Assembly: GCA_005881575.1 (NCBI GenBank)
Contig: VBCA01000036.1
Span: 1,710 to 65,709, forward strand
Direction: 5' to 3'
DNA from: Betaproteobacteria bacterium
GTDB lineage: Bacteria; Pseudomonadota; Gammaproteobacteria; Burkholderiales; SG8-39
Length of the DNA: 64,000 bases
Shown: positions 50,670 through 60,383 of the stretch, in pieces
How positions within the stretch are numbered: position 1 is the first letter of the stretch
How the letters are laid out: every line of letters begins with the position of its first letter
The notes under the pieces: model-generated
What the model was told of the DNA's origin: nothing
The model's database searches: none
Seen by the model: the letters and a program-made list of their open reading frames with translations, nothing else
Made by a program: the position numbers and the translations under genes

Positions 50670-52298
50670 ATGAGATTGCCGCGCTTCGCGAGGATGGCAG
50701 ATCCTTGGTTCCGCGATGGATTTCTCCGCTATCGCGTCGCTTCCGTCACGGTCATCGTCCTCGGGGTCGCGCTTTCCGTCGCCGCGTTTTTTGCGATTGG
50801 AAGCAACGAACGCGACGTGGTGCGGCTCACCTTCGAACAGAGGGCTCAGAACCACGTCGCGGCCATCAACCTGGCCATGGAACGGGGCCTGGAGTCGGTC
50901 GAGAATTCGGGCGCCTTGTTCGATTCCGGGAATGAGATCACAAGCGCGCAATTCCAGGCGTTCGGTGCGCGGGCGCTCGCCCGCAATCCCGCGCTGAAAG
51001 CGGTCGCCTGGACTCCGCTCGTGCCGGCGAACATGCGCCGCGCATTCGAGGCGGCGGCGCAGAAGGACCAGCCAGGATACCGGGTCAAGGAGTTAAACGC
51101 GCAGTTCAAGCTGGTCCTGGCGGGCGAGCGCGACGAATATTTTCCGATCCTGTACTCGGTGGACCGGGACGGACCGAGCCAGAGCCCCTATGGGATGGAC
51201 CGGCTCTCGGTCGCAAACAGCCGCGACGGGCTCGAGCGGTCGAGGACCTCGGGTGCCACGACTTCCAGCGGAAGAATCCGGATCACCACCGGCCAGTTCC
51301 AGGGCGAGATGGGAGTGGGGCTCAGCCGGCCGGTGTATCGCCGGGGCGTGGCGCTCGACACAGCCGAGCAACGCAGCCGCAATCTGCTCGGGTTTACGAT
51401 TTCCATCGTCGTGATCAGGGACCTGATCGACAACGTGCTGAAACGGATCGGCTCCGAAGGCATCCGCGTCGTGCTTTACGATGAATCGGCACGCGAATCG
51501 GAGCGCTTTCTCGCTGTCTGGCCCGATATCGCCCAGAAAGATCCTGCCCTGGACGAGAGGCAAGCGCCCGCGCTGCAACGCCGCGCCGAGTTCACGGTCG
51601 GTGATCGCAACTGGGTTGCCGTCATGACCCCGGAAGCGGGAAGGTTCAGCACTGGCGCATCCTGGCGGGCGTGGGCGGTGGCAGGCACGGGGCTTCTGTT
51701 CACGCTGCTGCTCGCGGTCTACGTGGAATCCGCGCGCAGGCATGCACGGAGCATCCATGAACAAGCGATCACCGATTCGCTCACTGGCTTGCACAACCGG
51801 CGCTACCTGTGGGAGCTCCTGAAGCGCGAGTTCGCGAGGGCCCGTCGCAACCGCACCACCATCGCTGCCGTCATGATCGACATCGACCACTTCAAGCGGA
51901 TCAACGACAACTTCGGGCACGAGGCCGGAGACCTGGTCATTGCCGAGCTGGGCGCGCTGTTCAAACGCAGCGTGCGCGGCAGCGATGTGGCGTGTCGCTA
52001 TGGAGGCGAGGAGTTCGCGCTCGTCCTGCCCGAGATCTCGATCGAGAACGCGCGGCGAAAGGCGGAGACGCTTCGGCAGGGGGTAAAGAGCCTTGCGCTC
52101 GAGCAGCGCGGCACGCCGCTGGGACCGATCAGCATCTCGCTCGGCGTCGCGGTGTTTCCCATTCACGCCGAGGACGCGGAATCGCTGTTTCGCCGGGCCG
52201 ACCAGGCCTTGTACGAGGCGAAGAACGCCGGCCGCGACCGCGTCGTCGTCGCGCAGTCCGCGCCTCCGGACGGGGAACTGATCCTAGCTCCGGCCTGA
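50670..52298 (+). CDS. CHASE-domain diguanylate cyclase (GGDEF)
   Basis: TM helix, periplasmic CHASE-like region, second TM helix, then a GGDEF domain with RYGGEEFALVLPE and the inhibitory-site-like motif RRNR upstream. Confidence 0.9.
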   Translation: MRLPRFARMADPWFRDGFLRYRVASVTVIVLGVALSVAAFFAIGSNERDVVRLTFEQRAQNHVAAINLAMERGLESVENSGALFDSGNEITSAQFQAFGARALARNPALKAVAWTPLVPANMRRAFEAAAQKDQPGYRVKELNAQFKLVLAGERDEYFPILYSVDRDGPSQSPYGMDRLSVANSRDGLERSRTSGATTSSGRIRITTGQFQGEMGVGLSRPVYRRGVALDTAEQRSRNLLGFTISIVVIRDLIDNVLKRIGSEGIRVVLYDESARESERFLAVWPDIAQKDPALDERQAPALQRRAEFTVGDRNWVAVMTPEAGRFSTGASWRAWAVAGTGLLFTLLLAVYVESARRHARSIHEQAITDSLTGLHNRRYLWELLKREFARARRNRTTIAAVMIDIDHFKRINDNFGHEAGDLVIAELGALFKRSVRGSDVACRYGGEEFALVLPEISIENARRKAETLRQGVKSLALEQRGTPLGPISISLGVAVFPIHAEDAESLFRRADQALYEAKNAGRDRVVVAQSAPPDGELILAPA

Positions 52299-52467
52299 CG
52301 CGGCGTCTGCGGCGCGTCTGGCATCGGTCTTGCTCGTAGAGGTGAGGAACCAGTTCGCAAGGGTCGGGAGGACGGAAATGGCGACGACTCACCGCCGCCG
52401 ACGCTCTTTCGACGCTTGCGGCATGGTCCTGCGCGTGATTATTTAACGGCGCCACGAGGAGATTGCC

Positions 52468-52839
52468 ATGGCGGGAAAGAAGATTCTGATCGTCGACGAT
52501 TCGGCCACCGAGCGCTATTTCTTCATGGAAACGCTCTCCAAGCAGGGCTACGAGTGCATCACCGCCCAGAACGGGGACGAGGCCATCCAGAAATCCAAGA
52601 GCGAGAAGCCCGACGTGATCCTGATGGACATCGTCATGCCCGGCATCGACGGGTACAAGGCGACGCGGACCATCTCGCACGACGAGGCGACCAAGCACAT
52701 TCCGGTCATCATCTGCACCAGCCGGAACCAGGAAACCGACCGCGTCTGGGGCATGCGCCAGGGCGCGAAGGACTTTCTGGTGAAGCCGGTCAAGGCAAAG
52801 GATTTGATCGCGAAAGTCGCGGCCACGACCGCGGCCTGA
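52468..52839 (+). CDS. Single-domain CheY-like response regulator
   Basis: 123 aa with KILIVDDS, VILMDIVMPGIDG, VIICTS and FLVKP, so all receiver residues are present. Confidence 0.92.
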   Translation: MAGKKILIVDDSATERYFFMETLSKQGYECITAQNGDEAIQKSKSEKPDVILMDIVMPGIDGYKATRTISHDEATKHIPVIICTSRNQETDRVWGMRQGAKDFLVKPVKAKDLIAKVAATTAA

Positions 52840-52912
52840 GCTCCCCCTCCGCCGGCGACGCCGGCGGGAACTCTCCCGCTTCGGGGCTATAATGGGTTCC
52901 TCCCCGGGACCC

Positions 52913-53971
52913 ATGAAGCTCCCTCGCCTCACCTGCGTCATCGCGTGCGCGCTCGCCGTTTCCGGCTGCGCCTCCATGTGGCCCGCCTCGTACCAGGTCG
53001 ATGCGCACATCGCGTCGACTCCCGCTACAGTCGTCTGGGGTTATCTGCCCGCCGGCCGGCCGCCCGTCCTCACGATCCGCTCGGGACAAACGGTGAAGAT
53101 CGACACGATCTCGCACCAGGGCCTGCTGAGCGGCACAGACCCGGTCAAGTTCTTCGGCGCGGCGGGCATCGCGCCGAGCGAAGTCCTGCCGGACGCGAGC
53201 GAGATCTACGCCAAGGCGCCGCGGCCGAAAACCGCGGGCGCGCACGTGCTCACCGGGCCGATCTTCGTGGAAGGCGCGGAACCCGGCGACATGCTGGAAG
53301 TGCGCATGCTCGATTTCCAGTTCCGCGTGCCCTACGGAGTGAACAACAGCAACAAGGGCACGGGCATGCTGCCCGACGTGCACGAGAAGCCGTATCCGAA
53401 AGTGATCCGCTTCGACCTCGCGCGCCGCGTCGCGCTCTTCGCGCCGGGAATCGAGGTGCCGCTCGTTCCCTTCATGGGCATCATGGCGGTGATGCCGCCC
53501 GACCCGCTCGCCAACACCCGGCCTCCGGGCATCTACGGCGGCAACATGGACTTCAACCGCCTCACCGTCGGCGCGCGCCTCTATCTGCCCGTCCACCAGC
53601 GCGGCGCGCTCTTCTACACCGGCGACTCGCACGCGGTGCAGGGCGACGGCGAGATCAACGGGACTGCGATCGAGGCTTCGCTCGCTCCGGTCCTGCAGTT
53701 CTTCGTGCACAAGCGCGCGGGCGCCGCGATGAAATGGCCGCGCGCCGAGGACGCCGACAATTACTACGTGATGGGGATGGACGTCGACCTCGATGCGGCG
53801 CTGAAGGAGGCGGCGCTGGAGACGATCGCCTTCCTGCAGCGCGAAAAAGGCTTGTCGCCCGCGGACGCCTATTCGCTCGCGAGCATCGCCGTCAACTACA
53901 CGGTCGGCGAAGCGGTCGACCAGGTGCAGATGGTGTACGGCGCGATCCCGAAACGGATCTTCACCCGTTAG
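52913..53971 (+). CDS. Acetamidase/formamidase-family protein with a lipoprotein signal peptide
   Basis: MKLPRLTCVIACALAVSGC lipobox, followed by GPIFVEGAEPGDMLEV, GGNMD and TGDSHAVQGDGEI motifs typical of FmdA/AmdA. ATG 52892 is an alternative start. Confidence 0.85.
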   Translation: MKLPRLTCVIACALAVSGCASMWPASYQVDAHIASTPATVVWGYLPAGRPPVLTIRSGQTVKIDTISHQGLLSGTDPVKFFGAAGIAPSEVLPDASEIYAKAPRPKTAGAHVLTGPIFVEGAEPGDMLEVRMLDFQFRVPYGVNNSNKGTGMLPDVHEKPYPKVIRFDLARRVALFAPGIEVPLVPFMGIMAVMPPDPLANTRPPGIYGGNMDFNRLTVGARLYLPVHQRGALFYTGDSHAVQGDGEINGTAIEASLAPVLQFFVHKRAGAAMKWPRAEDADNYYVMGMDVDLDAALKEAALETIAFLQREKGLSPADAYSLASIAVNYTVGEAVDQVQMVYGAIPKRIFTR

Positions 53972-53991
53972 AGAAGCAAGAAAGGGAGACC

Positions 53992-55200
53992 ATGTCCGTA
54001 GACGTTTCCGCATTGAATCCGTTCAAGACCCTGATCGCCGCCGCGAGCCTTGTCGCCCTTGCGGGCTGCGCCGCGATGAATCCGCCGGCCGCGGGAAAGC
54101 GCGAGCTGATGATCGTCGGCCTCGACGAGAAACAGAGCTGGGACGAGTCCGGAAAGGCGGTGATCGGTCCGCCCGGACGCGATTCGGTCGCGATCTTCGA
54201 CGTCGGTACCGACCCTCTCGCGCCGAAGACGCTCGTCGTGCTGCCGCTCGCGAACACGATCGTCGGTCCGCCCGTCAATCTCGCAATCACGCCGGACGAA
54301 AGCCTCGCGCTCGTCGCCAACTCGATGAACGTCGTCCAGGAAGGCGGGGCCTGGAAGCAGGTGCCCGACAACCGGATCTGGATCATCGACCTCACCGTCA
54401 ATCCGCCGAAGCTGATCGACACGATCGCCGCCGGCAAGCAGCCTTCGGGCATGTCGATCAACCGCGCGGGCAACCTCGCGCTGGTCGCGAATCGCGCCGA
54501 CGGCTCGATCAGCGTGCTGCGCATTTCCGGGAAGAAGGTCGAGCTGATCGACACCGTGACGATCGGCGAGCAGGTCGCGCACGTCGTGTTCACGCCCGAC
54601 GGCAGGCGCGCGCTCGCGGCGAAGTTCCCGGGGCACAAGATCGCGTTCCTCGAGGTGAACGGCGAGAAGGTCAGCTACAACAAGCAAGATGTCCCCGCCG
54701 GCCTGTGGCCGTACAACGTCGACGTGACGCCGGACGGCAAGCTCGCGCTGACCGCGGACAACGGCAACAGCGGCGCTGCCGACGGTCACGTGGACACGGT
54801 GAGCGTGATCGACCTCGAGGCCGCTCCGCCGCGCGTGATCGACAAGATCGTGGTGGGCGATGCGCCCGAGGGCTTCGCCATCAGCCCGACGGGCCGGCTC
54901 GCGGTGGCGGTGCTGCTCAGAGGAACCAACGCCTCGAAGAGCGCCTCCTTCTACAACCGCAACGCCCTGGTCGTGGCGCTGAAGATCGACGGCAAAAAAG
55001 TGACGCGCACCAACGAAGTCGAGGTGCGCGGCCTGCCCGAAGGCGTGGTTTTCAGCGACGACGGGCGCTATATCTATGTCGGAAACTTCATCGACCAGGA
55101 CATCTCGATCCTGCGCGTGGACGGCGACCAGATCGTAAACACCGGGAGATCGCTCCAGTTGCCCGGCCACCCGGCGTCGATGCGCGGGCGCACGCGCTGA
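53992..55200 (+). CDS. YncE/YVTN-like beta-propeller lipoprotein
   Basis: ATG 53992 behind AAGGGAG, lipobox LVALAGC. Repeated blade motifs are ITPDESLALVAN, INRAGNLALVAN, FTPDGRRALAA, VTPDGKLALTAD, ISPTGRLAVAV and FSDDGRYIYVGN. Confidence 0.8.
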   Translation: MSVDVSALNPFKTLIAAASLVALAGCAAMNPPAAGKRELMIVGLDEKQSWDESGKAVIGPPGRDSVAIFDVGTDPLAPKTLVVLPLANTIVGPPVNLAITPDESLALVANSMNVVQEGGAWKQVPDNRIWIIDLTVNPPKLIDTIAAGKQPSGMSINRAGNLALVANRADGSISVLRISGKKVELIDTVTIGEQVAHVVFTPDGRRALAAKFPGHKIAFLEVNGEKVSYNKQDVPAGLWPYNVDVTPDGKLALTADNGNSGAADGHVDTVSVIDLEAAPPRVIDKIVVGDAPEGFAISPTGRLAVAVLLRGTNASKSASFYNRNALVVALKIDGKKVTRTNEVEVRGLPEGVVFSDDGRYIYVGNFIDQDISILRVDGDQIVNTGRSLQLPGHPASMRGRTR

Positions 55201-55213
55201 AGGGCTAAACGCG

Positions 55214-55762
55214 ATGCAACGACCCCAGCCGTTTGCGCTCGCCGTCCCGGTCAATCACACCGACCACGTCCTCGGGCCGGCGACGGCGAAAGTGACCGTC
55301 GTCGAATACGGCGATTTCGAGTGCCCGTCGTGCGGCCAGGCTTATCCCGCGGTGAAAATGCTGCTCAAGCGCTTCGGGGACCGGATGCGGTTCGTGTTCC
55401 GGCAATTCCCGCTGGTGGAAGTGCACCCCCACGCGGAGCTCGCGGCCGAAGCCGCCGAGGCAGCGGGCGCGCAGCACAAATTCTGGCAGATGCACGATCT
55501 CCTCTTCGAGCACCAGCTGCACCTGAAGGCCGCGAGCCTTAGGCAGTACGCGTTGCAGGCCGAGCTGGACCTGGATCGGTACGACTACGAGATGAAGGAG
55601 CACGTTTACCTGCAGCGAGTGCACGAGCACATCGACGGAGGCGCGAAGAGCGGCGTGCGGTCCACGCCCGGGTTTTTCGTCAACGGCGCCGTAGAGGACG
55701 TGTCATTCGGATTGGAACGTCTGCACAAGGCGGTCGAAGCCGCGCTCGGGAAGCGAGGCTGA
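55214..55762 (+). CDS. DsbA-like thioredoxin-fold protein (CPSC active site), no signal peptide seen
   Basis: VVEYGDFECPSCG motif, helical insertion, and cis-Pro loop STPGFFVNG. Confidence 0.85.
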   Translation: MQRPQPFALAVPVNHTDHVLGPATAKVTVVEYGDFECPSCGQAYPAVKMLLKRFGDRMRFVFRQFPLVEVHPHAELAAEAAEAAGAQHKFWQMHDLLFEHQLHLKAASLRQYALQAELDLDRYDYEMKEHVYLQRVHEHIDGGAKSGVRSTPGFFVNGAVEDVSFGLERLHKAVEAALGKRG

Positions 55763-55772
55763 ACGTCGGGGA

Positions 55773-56585
55773 CTACAGCGTCGCCCCTGGCTGCGCCAGC
55801 GCCTTTTCGGCGAGCTGCGCGACGATCCAGTCGTAGGCGTCGTCCACCGAGTCGGTGCGGTACACGAGCTCGATGTCCTTCGCGTCGATGGTGCCGTGGC
55901 GCGCGAGCGCATCGAAGTCGATGACTTCGCGCCAGTACTCGGTGCCGAAGAGAACGATCGGCATGGGCTTCTTCATCTTGCGCGTCTGCACCAGCGTCAG
56001 CAGCTCGAACAGCTCGTCGAGCGTGCCGTAGCCCCCCGGAAACACGATCACCGCCTTGGCGAGGTAGCTGAACCAGAACTTGCGCATGAAGAAGTAGTGG
56101 AAGTGGAAGGCGAGTTCGCGCGTGACGTAGGGGTTGTCGAATTCTTCCGCCGGGAGGGAGATGGTGAGGCCGACGTTCATGCCCTTCGCCTCGGCCGCGC
56201 CGCGGTTCGCCGCCTCCATGATTCCCGGTCCGCCGCCGGTGCACACGACGAAGCGGCGCTCCACGCGGTCGAGCTCCTTCGACCATCGGGTGAGGCGGGT
56301 GGCGAGCTCGCGCGCCGCTTCGTAGTAGGCGGACATCTTGAGCGCCGTTTGCGCGCGCTCCCGGTCCTTCTCGCCCTTCGCCTTACGCAGCATTTCCTCC
56401 GCGGCCTCGCGCGACTTGATGCGCGCCGAGCCCATGAACACGATGGTGTCGTCGACTTTGTGGTGGTCGAAGCGGCTCTTCGGTTCGAGATACTCCGACA
56501 GGATGCGCAGGGCGCGCGCGTCCTTGCTGTTGAGGAAACCCGGATCCTGGTAGGCCTTGGTCTGGGCGCGCCTGCGTGAGCTCAT
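55773..56585 (-). CDS. LOG-family (TIGR00730) nucleotide 5'-monophosphate nucleosidase
   Basis: GGGPGIMEAANRGA and PGGYGTLDELFE motifs. Confidence 0.9.
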   Translation of the reverse strand: MSSRRRAQTKAYQDPGFLNSKDARALRILSEYLEPKSRFDHHKVDDTIVFMGSARIKSREAAEEMLRKAKGEKDRERAQTALKMSAYYEAARELATRLTRWSKELDRVERRFVVCTGGGPGIMEAANRGAAEAKGMNVGLTISLPAEEFDNPYVTRELAFHFHYFFMRKFWFSYLAKAVIVFPGGYGTLDELFELLTLVQTRKMKKPMPIVLFGTEYWREVIDFDALARHGTIDAKDIELVYRTDSVDDAYDWIVAQLAEKALAQPGATL

Positions 56586-56666
56586 GCGCCCATGTTACCC
56601 GGCCTTGGGGTAATCTTGGGACGCGAGACCGTGGAGCGTTCCCACCCGATCGGAAGAGAGGCCGCC

Positions 56667-57887
56667 ATGCCCCGTTGTCGCTCGAGCTTCCTCGCGTTGC
56701 TGCTCGTCCCGCTCTGCGCGCTGGCCCAGGCGCCCTACTATCCCGACGCGACCTGGCAGCGCAGGACGCCCCTGGAAGCGGGCATCGACGCCCAGCGGCT
56801 CAAGGACGCGATCGCTTACGCGGTCGCGAACGAAACGCGTAATCCGCGCGACCTCACGCTGAACCATTACCAGACCTTCGGGCGCGAGCCCTTCGGCTAC
56901 GCGATCGGCCCGATCAAGGACCGGGGTGAGCCGACCGGCGTGGTCGTCCGCAAAGGCTTCATCGTTGCCGAGTGGGGTGAGCCCTTGCGCGTGGACATGA
57001 CGCACAGCGTGACGAAAAGTCTCCTTTCGAGCGTCGTCGGCGTCGCCTATGACCGGGGCCTGATCAGGAGCATCGACGATCCGGTGAGGGATTACGTCGC
57101 GCCGATCCAGCTCTACGATCCGGCTCCCGAGCGCAACAAGTCCGACCATCTCGGGCGCTCCGATTTCCTCTACCTGTTCGAGACCCCGCACAACCGCACC
57201 ATCACCTGGAATCATCTGCTGCGGCAGACGAGCGACTGGGAGGGCACGTTGTGGGGCAAGCCCGACTGGGCGGATCGTCCGAGCGACAAGCCGGGCGAAT
57301 GGCTCACGCGGCCGCGCAACAAGGCGGGCACGGCCTATAAGTACAACGACGTGCGCGTCAACGTGCTCGCGCTCGCGGCGCTCAACGTCTGGCGGCGTCC
57401 GCTCCCTCAGGTGCTCAAAGAGACCATCATGGATCCGATCGGCGCCTCCAACACCTGGCGCTGGTTCGGCTACGAGAATTCGTGGATCGTGCTCGACGGC
57501 GGCGCCGTGCAGTCGGTGACCGGAGGCGGGCACTGGGGCGGCGGCATGTTCATCAACGCCTACGACATGGCCCGATTCGGCTATCTCACCCTGCGCCGCG
57601 GCAAGTGGAAGGACCGCCAGCTGCTCTCCAACCAGTGGGTCGAGTGGGCGCTCACGCCGACGCCGGCCGAGCCGGGCTATGGCTTCATGAACTGGTACAA
57701 CAACAGGGACGGGAAACTCTTCCCGAGCGCGCCCGTGAGCGCCTTTGCGCACATCGGGAACGGCACCAACATCGTGTACGTCGACCCGGACCACGACATC
57801 GTGGCGGTCGTGCGCTGGATCGAGCGCAGGGCGATCGACGAATTCGCGAAACGGCTGATCGCGGCCGTAGGGCCGGCGGGAAAGTAG
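56667..57887 (+). CDS. Secreted serine hydrolase of the beta-lactamase/transpeptidase-like family
   Basis: ATG 56667, signal peptide ending ALAQA, SxxK motif (HSVTKS), 406 aa. Confidence 0.8.
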   Translation: MPRCRSSFLALLLVPLCALAQAPYYPDATWQRRTPLEAGIDAQRLKDAIAYAVANETRNPRDLTLNHYQTFGREPFGYAIGPIKDRGEPTGVVVRKGFIVAEWGEPLRVDMTHSVTKSLLSSVVGVAYDRGLIRSIDDPVRDYVAPIQLYDPAPERNKSDHLGRSDFLYLFETPHNRTITWNHLLRQTSDWEGTLWGKPDWADRPSDKPGEWLTRPRNKAGTAYKYNDVRVNVLALAALNVWRRPLPQVLKETIMDPIGASNTWRWFGYENSWIVLDGGAVQSVTGGGHWGGGMFINAYDMARFGYLTLRRGKWKDRQLLSNQWVEWALTPTPAEPGYGFMNWYNNRDGKLFPSAPVSAFAHIGNGTNIVYVDPDHDIVAVVRWIERRAIDEFAKRLIAAVGPAGK

Positions 57888-57893
57888 CTTCAG

Positions 57894-58946
57894 ATGTCGC
57901 GCACCGCTGCGAGCCTGCTGATCTTCGTCCTCGCCTCGTTCGCAGTCCCGGGAACGCGCGCGCAGGACCGGCAGGCGGCCAACCGCGAGATCTATCTCTA
58001 TCAGGGCGCGGACCGCGCGCAGCGGCTACTCTCCGAGGCCAAGAAAGAAGGCAGCCTCACGCTCTACACCACCATGACGCCGGAAGACGCGGGCCCGCTG
58101 GTCGCGGCGTTCGAGGAAAAATACGGCATCAAGCTGAGGATGTGGCGCGGCATCAACCAGAAGCTCGTGCAGCGCGCGCTCGCCGAGGCGCGCGCGGGCA
58201 AATCGGCGGTCGATGTCTACGAGGGCAGCGGGCACGGCATGGAGATCCTGCACCGCGAAGCGCTGCTCGAGAAATTCTGGAGCCCCGCGTTCGGCGACAT
58301 TCCGCGGGAGGCGTTTCCGCGTCACGGCCATTACGCGCCGGACAATCTGCTCTTCTTCGTCATGGGCTACAACACGAAGCTCGTCAAGGCGGAGGACGTT
58401 CCCAAATCCTATGAAGACCTGCTGCAGCCCAGGTGGAGCGGCAATTTCGGGATCGAGGCCTCCGATGTCATCTGGTTCGCGGCGGTGGCGAAGGCGATGG
58501 GCGAGGAAGAAGGCCTCGCCTATTTCCGCAAGCTGGCGGCGATGAAGCCGCAGATCCGCAGCGGCCACACGCTCATGACCGAGCTCGTCGCCGCCGGCGA
58601 GATCCCGGTGGTGCTGACGCTCTACAATCAGGCGGTGGACAAGCTGAAGGAGCGGGGCGCGCCGATCGACTGGAAACCCCTGCCGCCGGCATTCGGCCGG
58701 GCGGACGGCATCGGCGTGGCGAAACAGGCGCCGCACCCGCACGCGGCGCTCCTCTTCGTGGATTTCGTGCTGTCGCCCGAGGGCCAGCGCTTCATCATGG
58801 CCGCGAGCCGCGTGCCGGTGAATCGCAAGGTCGGGAGCTCGTTCGACCAGCGCAATTTCCGCATCGTCGAGCTGGCGCCGGTCGTGGACGAGTGGGACAC
58901 CTGGGAACGACGCTGGCAGACGCTCTTCCTGAAAGGGCAAAAATGA
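57894..58946 (+). CDS. Extracellular solute-binding protein (family 1, iron(III)/polyamine-type ABC SBP)
   Basis: Signal peptide ending TRAQD, then EGSLTLYTTMTPEDAGPLVAAFEEKYGIKL, typical of SBP_bac_1/6 proteins. Confidence 0.85.
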   Translation: MSRTAASLLIFVLASFAVPGTRAQDRQAANREIYLYQGADRAQRLLSEAKKEGSLTLYTTMTPEDAGPLVAAFEEKYGIKLRMWRGINQKLVQRALAEARAGKSAVDVYEGSGHGMEILHREALLEKFWSPAFGDIPREAFPRHGHYAPDNLLFFVMGYNTKLVKAEDVPKSYEDLLQPRWSGNFGIEASDVIWFAAVAKAMGEEEGLAYFRKLAAMKPQIRSGHTLMTELVAAGEIPVVLTLYNQAVDKLKERGAPIDWKPLPPAFGRADGIGVAKQAPHPHAALLFVDFVLSPEGQRFIMAASRVPVNRKVGSSFDQRNFRIVELAPVVDEWDTWERRWQTLFLKGQK

Positions 58947-59758
58947 GCATAGCCGGCGACCCGCACAAGCTGCGCTTCGGCGGGGACTGCGAAGGCGTTC
59001 TCTATTTGCCGCGCGAGACGGCACCCGCGGGCGCGGTCGTCGTCCTGCACGAGCGCTACGGCCTCGTGCAGCACACGCTAGCCCTCGCGCAGCGCCTCGC
59101 GCAGGACGGCTACGTCGCGCTCGCGCCCGATCTTTTCTCGCGCTGGAAGGGCGACGCGGAAGCGCTGAGGAGCGGGAAGGCGCGTGTGGTCCTGCCCGAC
59201 GCCGAGGTCGCCGCGGTGATAGACGCCGCGCTCGATTTTGCGAAGGCGCACCCGCGCGTCGCGTCCGGGCGGCTTGTGCTCATGGGCGTGTGCCAGAGCG
59301 GGCGCTATCCGATCGTGGTCGGCAGCCGGCGGCGCGATCTCGCGGCATGCGTCGTCTTCTACGGCGGCTCGCAGCCGCGCGACTGGCAGGTCACCGAGCT
59401 GCAGCCGACACCGATGCCGGACATGATGCGCTCGCTCCAGGCGCCGGCGCTTTTCGTCTACGGCGAGCGCGATCACACGATCTCGCTCGAGGACGTGCGC
59501 CGAGTGCGCGACGCGCTCGAGTCGGGCCGCCGCAGCTACCGCATGAAGGTGTTCCCGGGCATGCCGCACGGCTGGCTGAACGACACCATGCCGGGGCGCT
59601 ACCGCGCGAAAGAGGCGAAGGAAGCCTGGGTCGTGCTGATCCGCTTTCTCGCCGACGTCTTCTCGGGCACCTGGCCGGGCGAAAACCAGGTGCGCTGGGA
59701 GTTCGAGAGCGCAACCTCCGCGGATTACGATTTTTCGAAAAACATGAGGCTGGAGTGA
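58943..59758 (+). CDS. Dienelactone hydrolase-family alpha/beta hydrolase
   Basis: ATGA overlap with the upstream SBP. It has VVVLHERYG, the nucleophile elbow GVCQSG (Cys-type, as in DLH) and a C-terminal HGW motif. Confidence 0.85.
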   Translation: MSIAGDPHKLRFGGDCEGVLYLPRETAPAGAVVVLHERYGLVQHTLALAQRLAQDGYVALAPDLFSRWKGDAEALRSGKARVVLPDAEVAAVIDAALDFAKAHPRVASGRLVLMGVCQSGRYPIVVGSRRRDLAACVVFYGGSQPRDWQVTELQPTPMPDMMRSLQAPALFVYGERDHTISLEDVRRVRDALESGRRSYRMKVFPGMPHGWLNDTMPGRYRAKEAKEAWVVLIRFLADVFSGTWPGENQVRWEFESATSADYDFSKNMRLE

Positions 59759-60378
59759 GCGAGCGCCTGGATCCGGGGCGCACCGCGCTCCTTTTCTTCG
59801 ACATGCTGAACGGGCACGTGAAGAAGAACGATGCGGCGACGAAGGCGCGCTATGCGCCGGTGATCGCCGCGGCCGCGCAGGTGCTGGACGCAGCGCGGCG
59901 CTCGGGCGTCGTCGTGATGTACGCCGCCGCGCACCACCGCCCGGACAATGCCACCTCAGCGCATCTCGTCACCGACACCGACAACCGCCTGCGGCCGATT
60001 CCCGCGGGGCGCTCGGGCGAGTCGAAGCCCGTGATCGCCGCGGGCACCTGGGAGGCGCAGGTGATCGACGAGCTCGAGCCGCAGCCGCAGGACTATATGA
60101 TCCCCAAGTTCCGCTGGAGCGCGTTTCACCAGACCTATCTGGATCTCGCGCTCCGCAGCCGCGATATCGATACGCTCGTGATCTCGGGCGGATCGACCGA
60201 CGTCGGCGTGGCGAGCACCGCCTACGCCGCGCGCGACCTGGATTACCACCTCGTCGTCGTCAGCGACGCCTGCACTTCGCCCGAGGAAGACAATCACGCG
60301 CAATTCATGCGGCGCGTTTTCCCGCGCATGGCGCGCGTGCGCACGGCGCTGGAGGTCGTGCGTATGCTGGGCGGTTGA
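59755..60378 (+). CDS. Isochorismatase-like cysteine hydrolase
   Basis: GTGA overlap with the upstream gene. It has ALLFFDMLN (catalytic Asp region), the KFRWSAF Lys motif, and LVISGGSTDVGV followed by SDAC (Cys). Confidence 0.85.
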   Translation: MSERLDPGRTALLFFDMLNGHVKKNDAATKARYAPVIAAAAQVLDAARRSGVVVMYAAAHHRPDNATSAHLVTDTDNRLRPIPAGRSGESKPVIAAGTWEAQVIDELEPQPQDYMIPKFRWSAFHQTYLDLALRSRDIDTLVISGGSTDVGVASTAYAARDLDYHLVVVSDACTSPEEDNHAQFMRRVFPRMARVRTALEVVRMLGG

Positions 60379-60383
60379 TTCTT

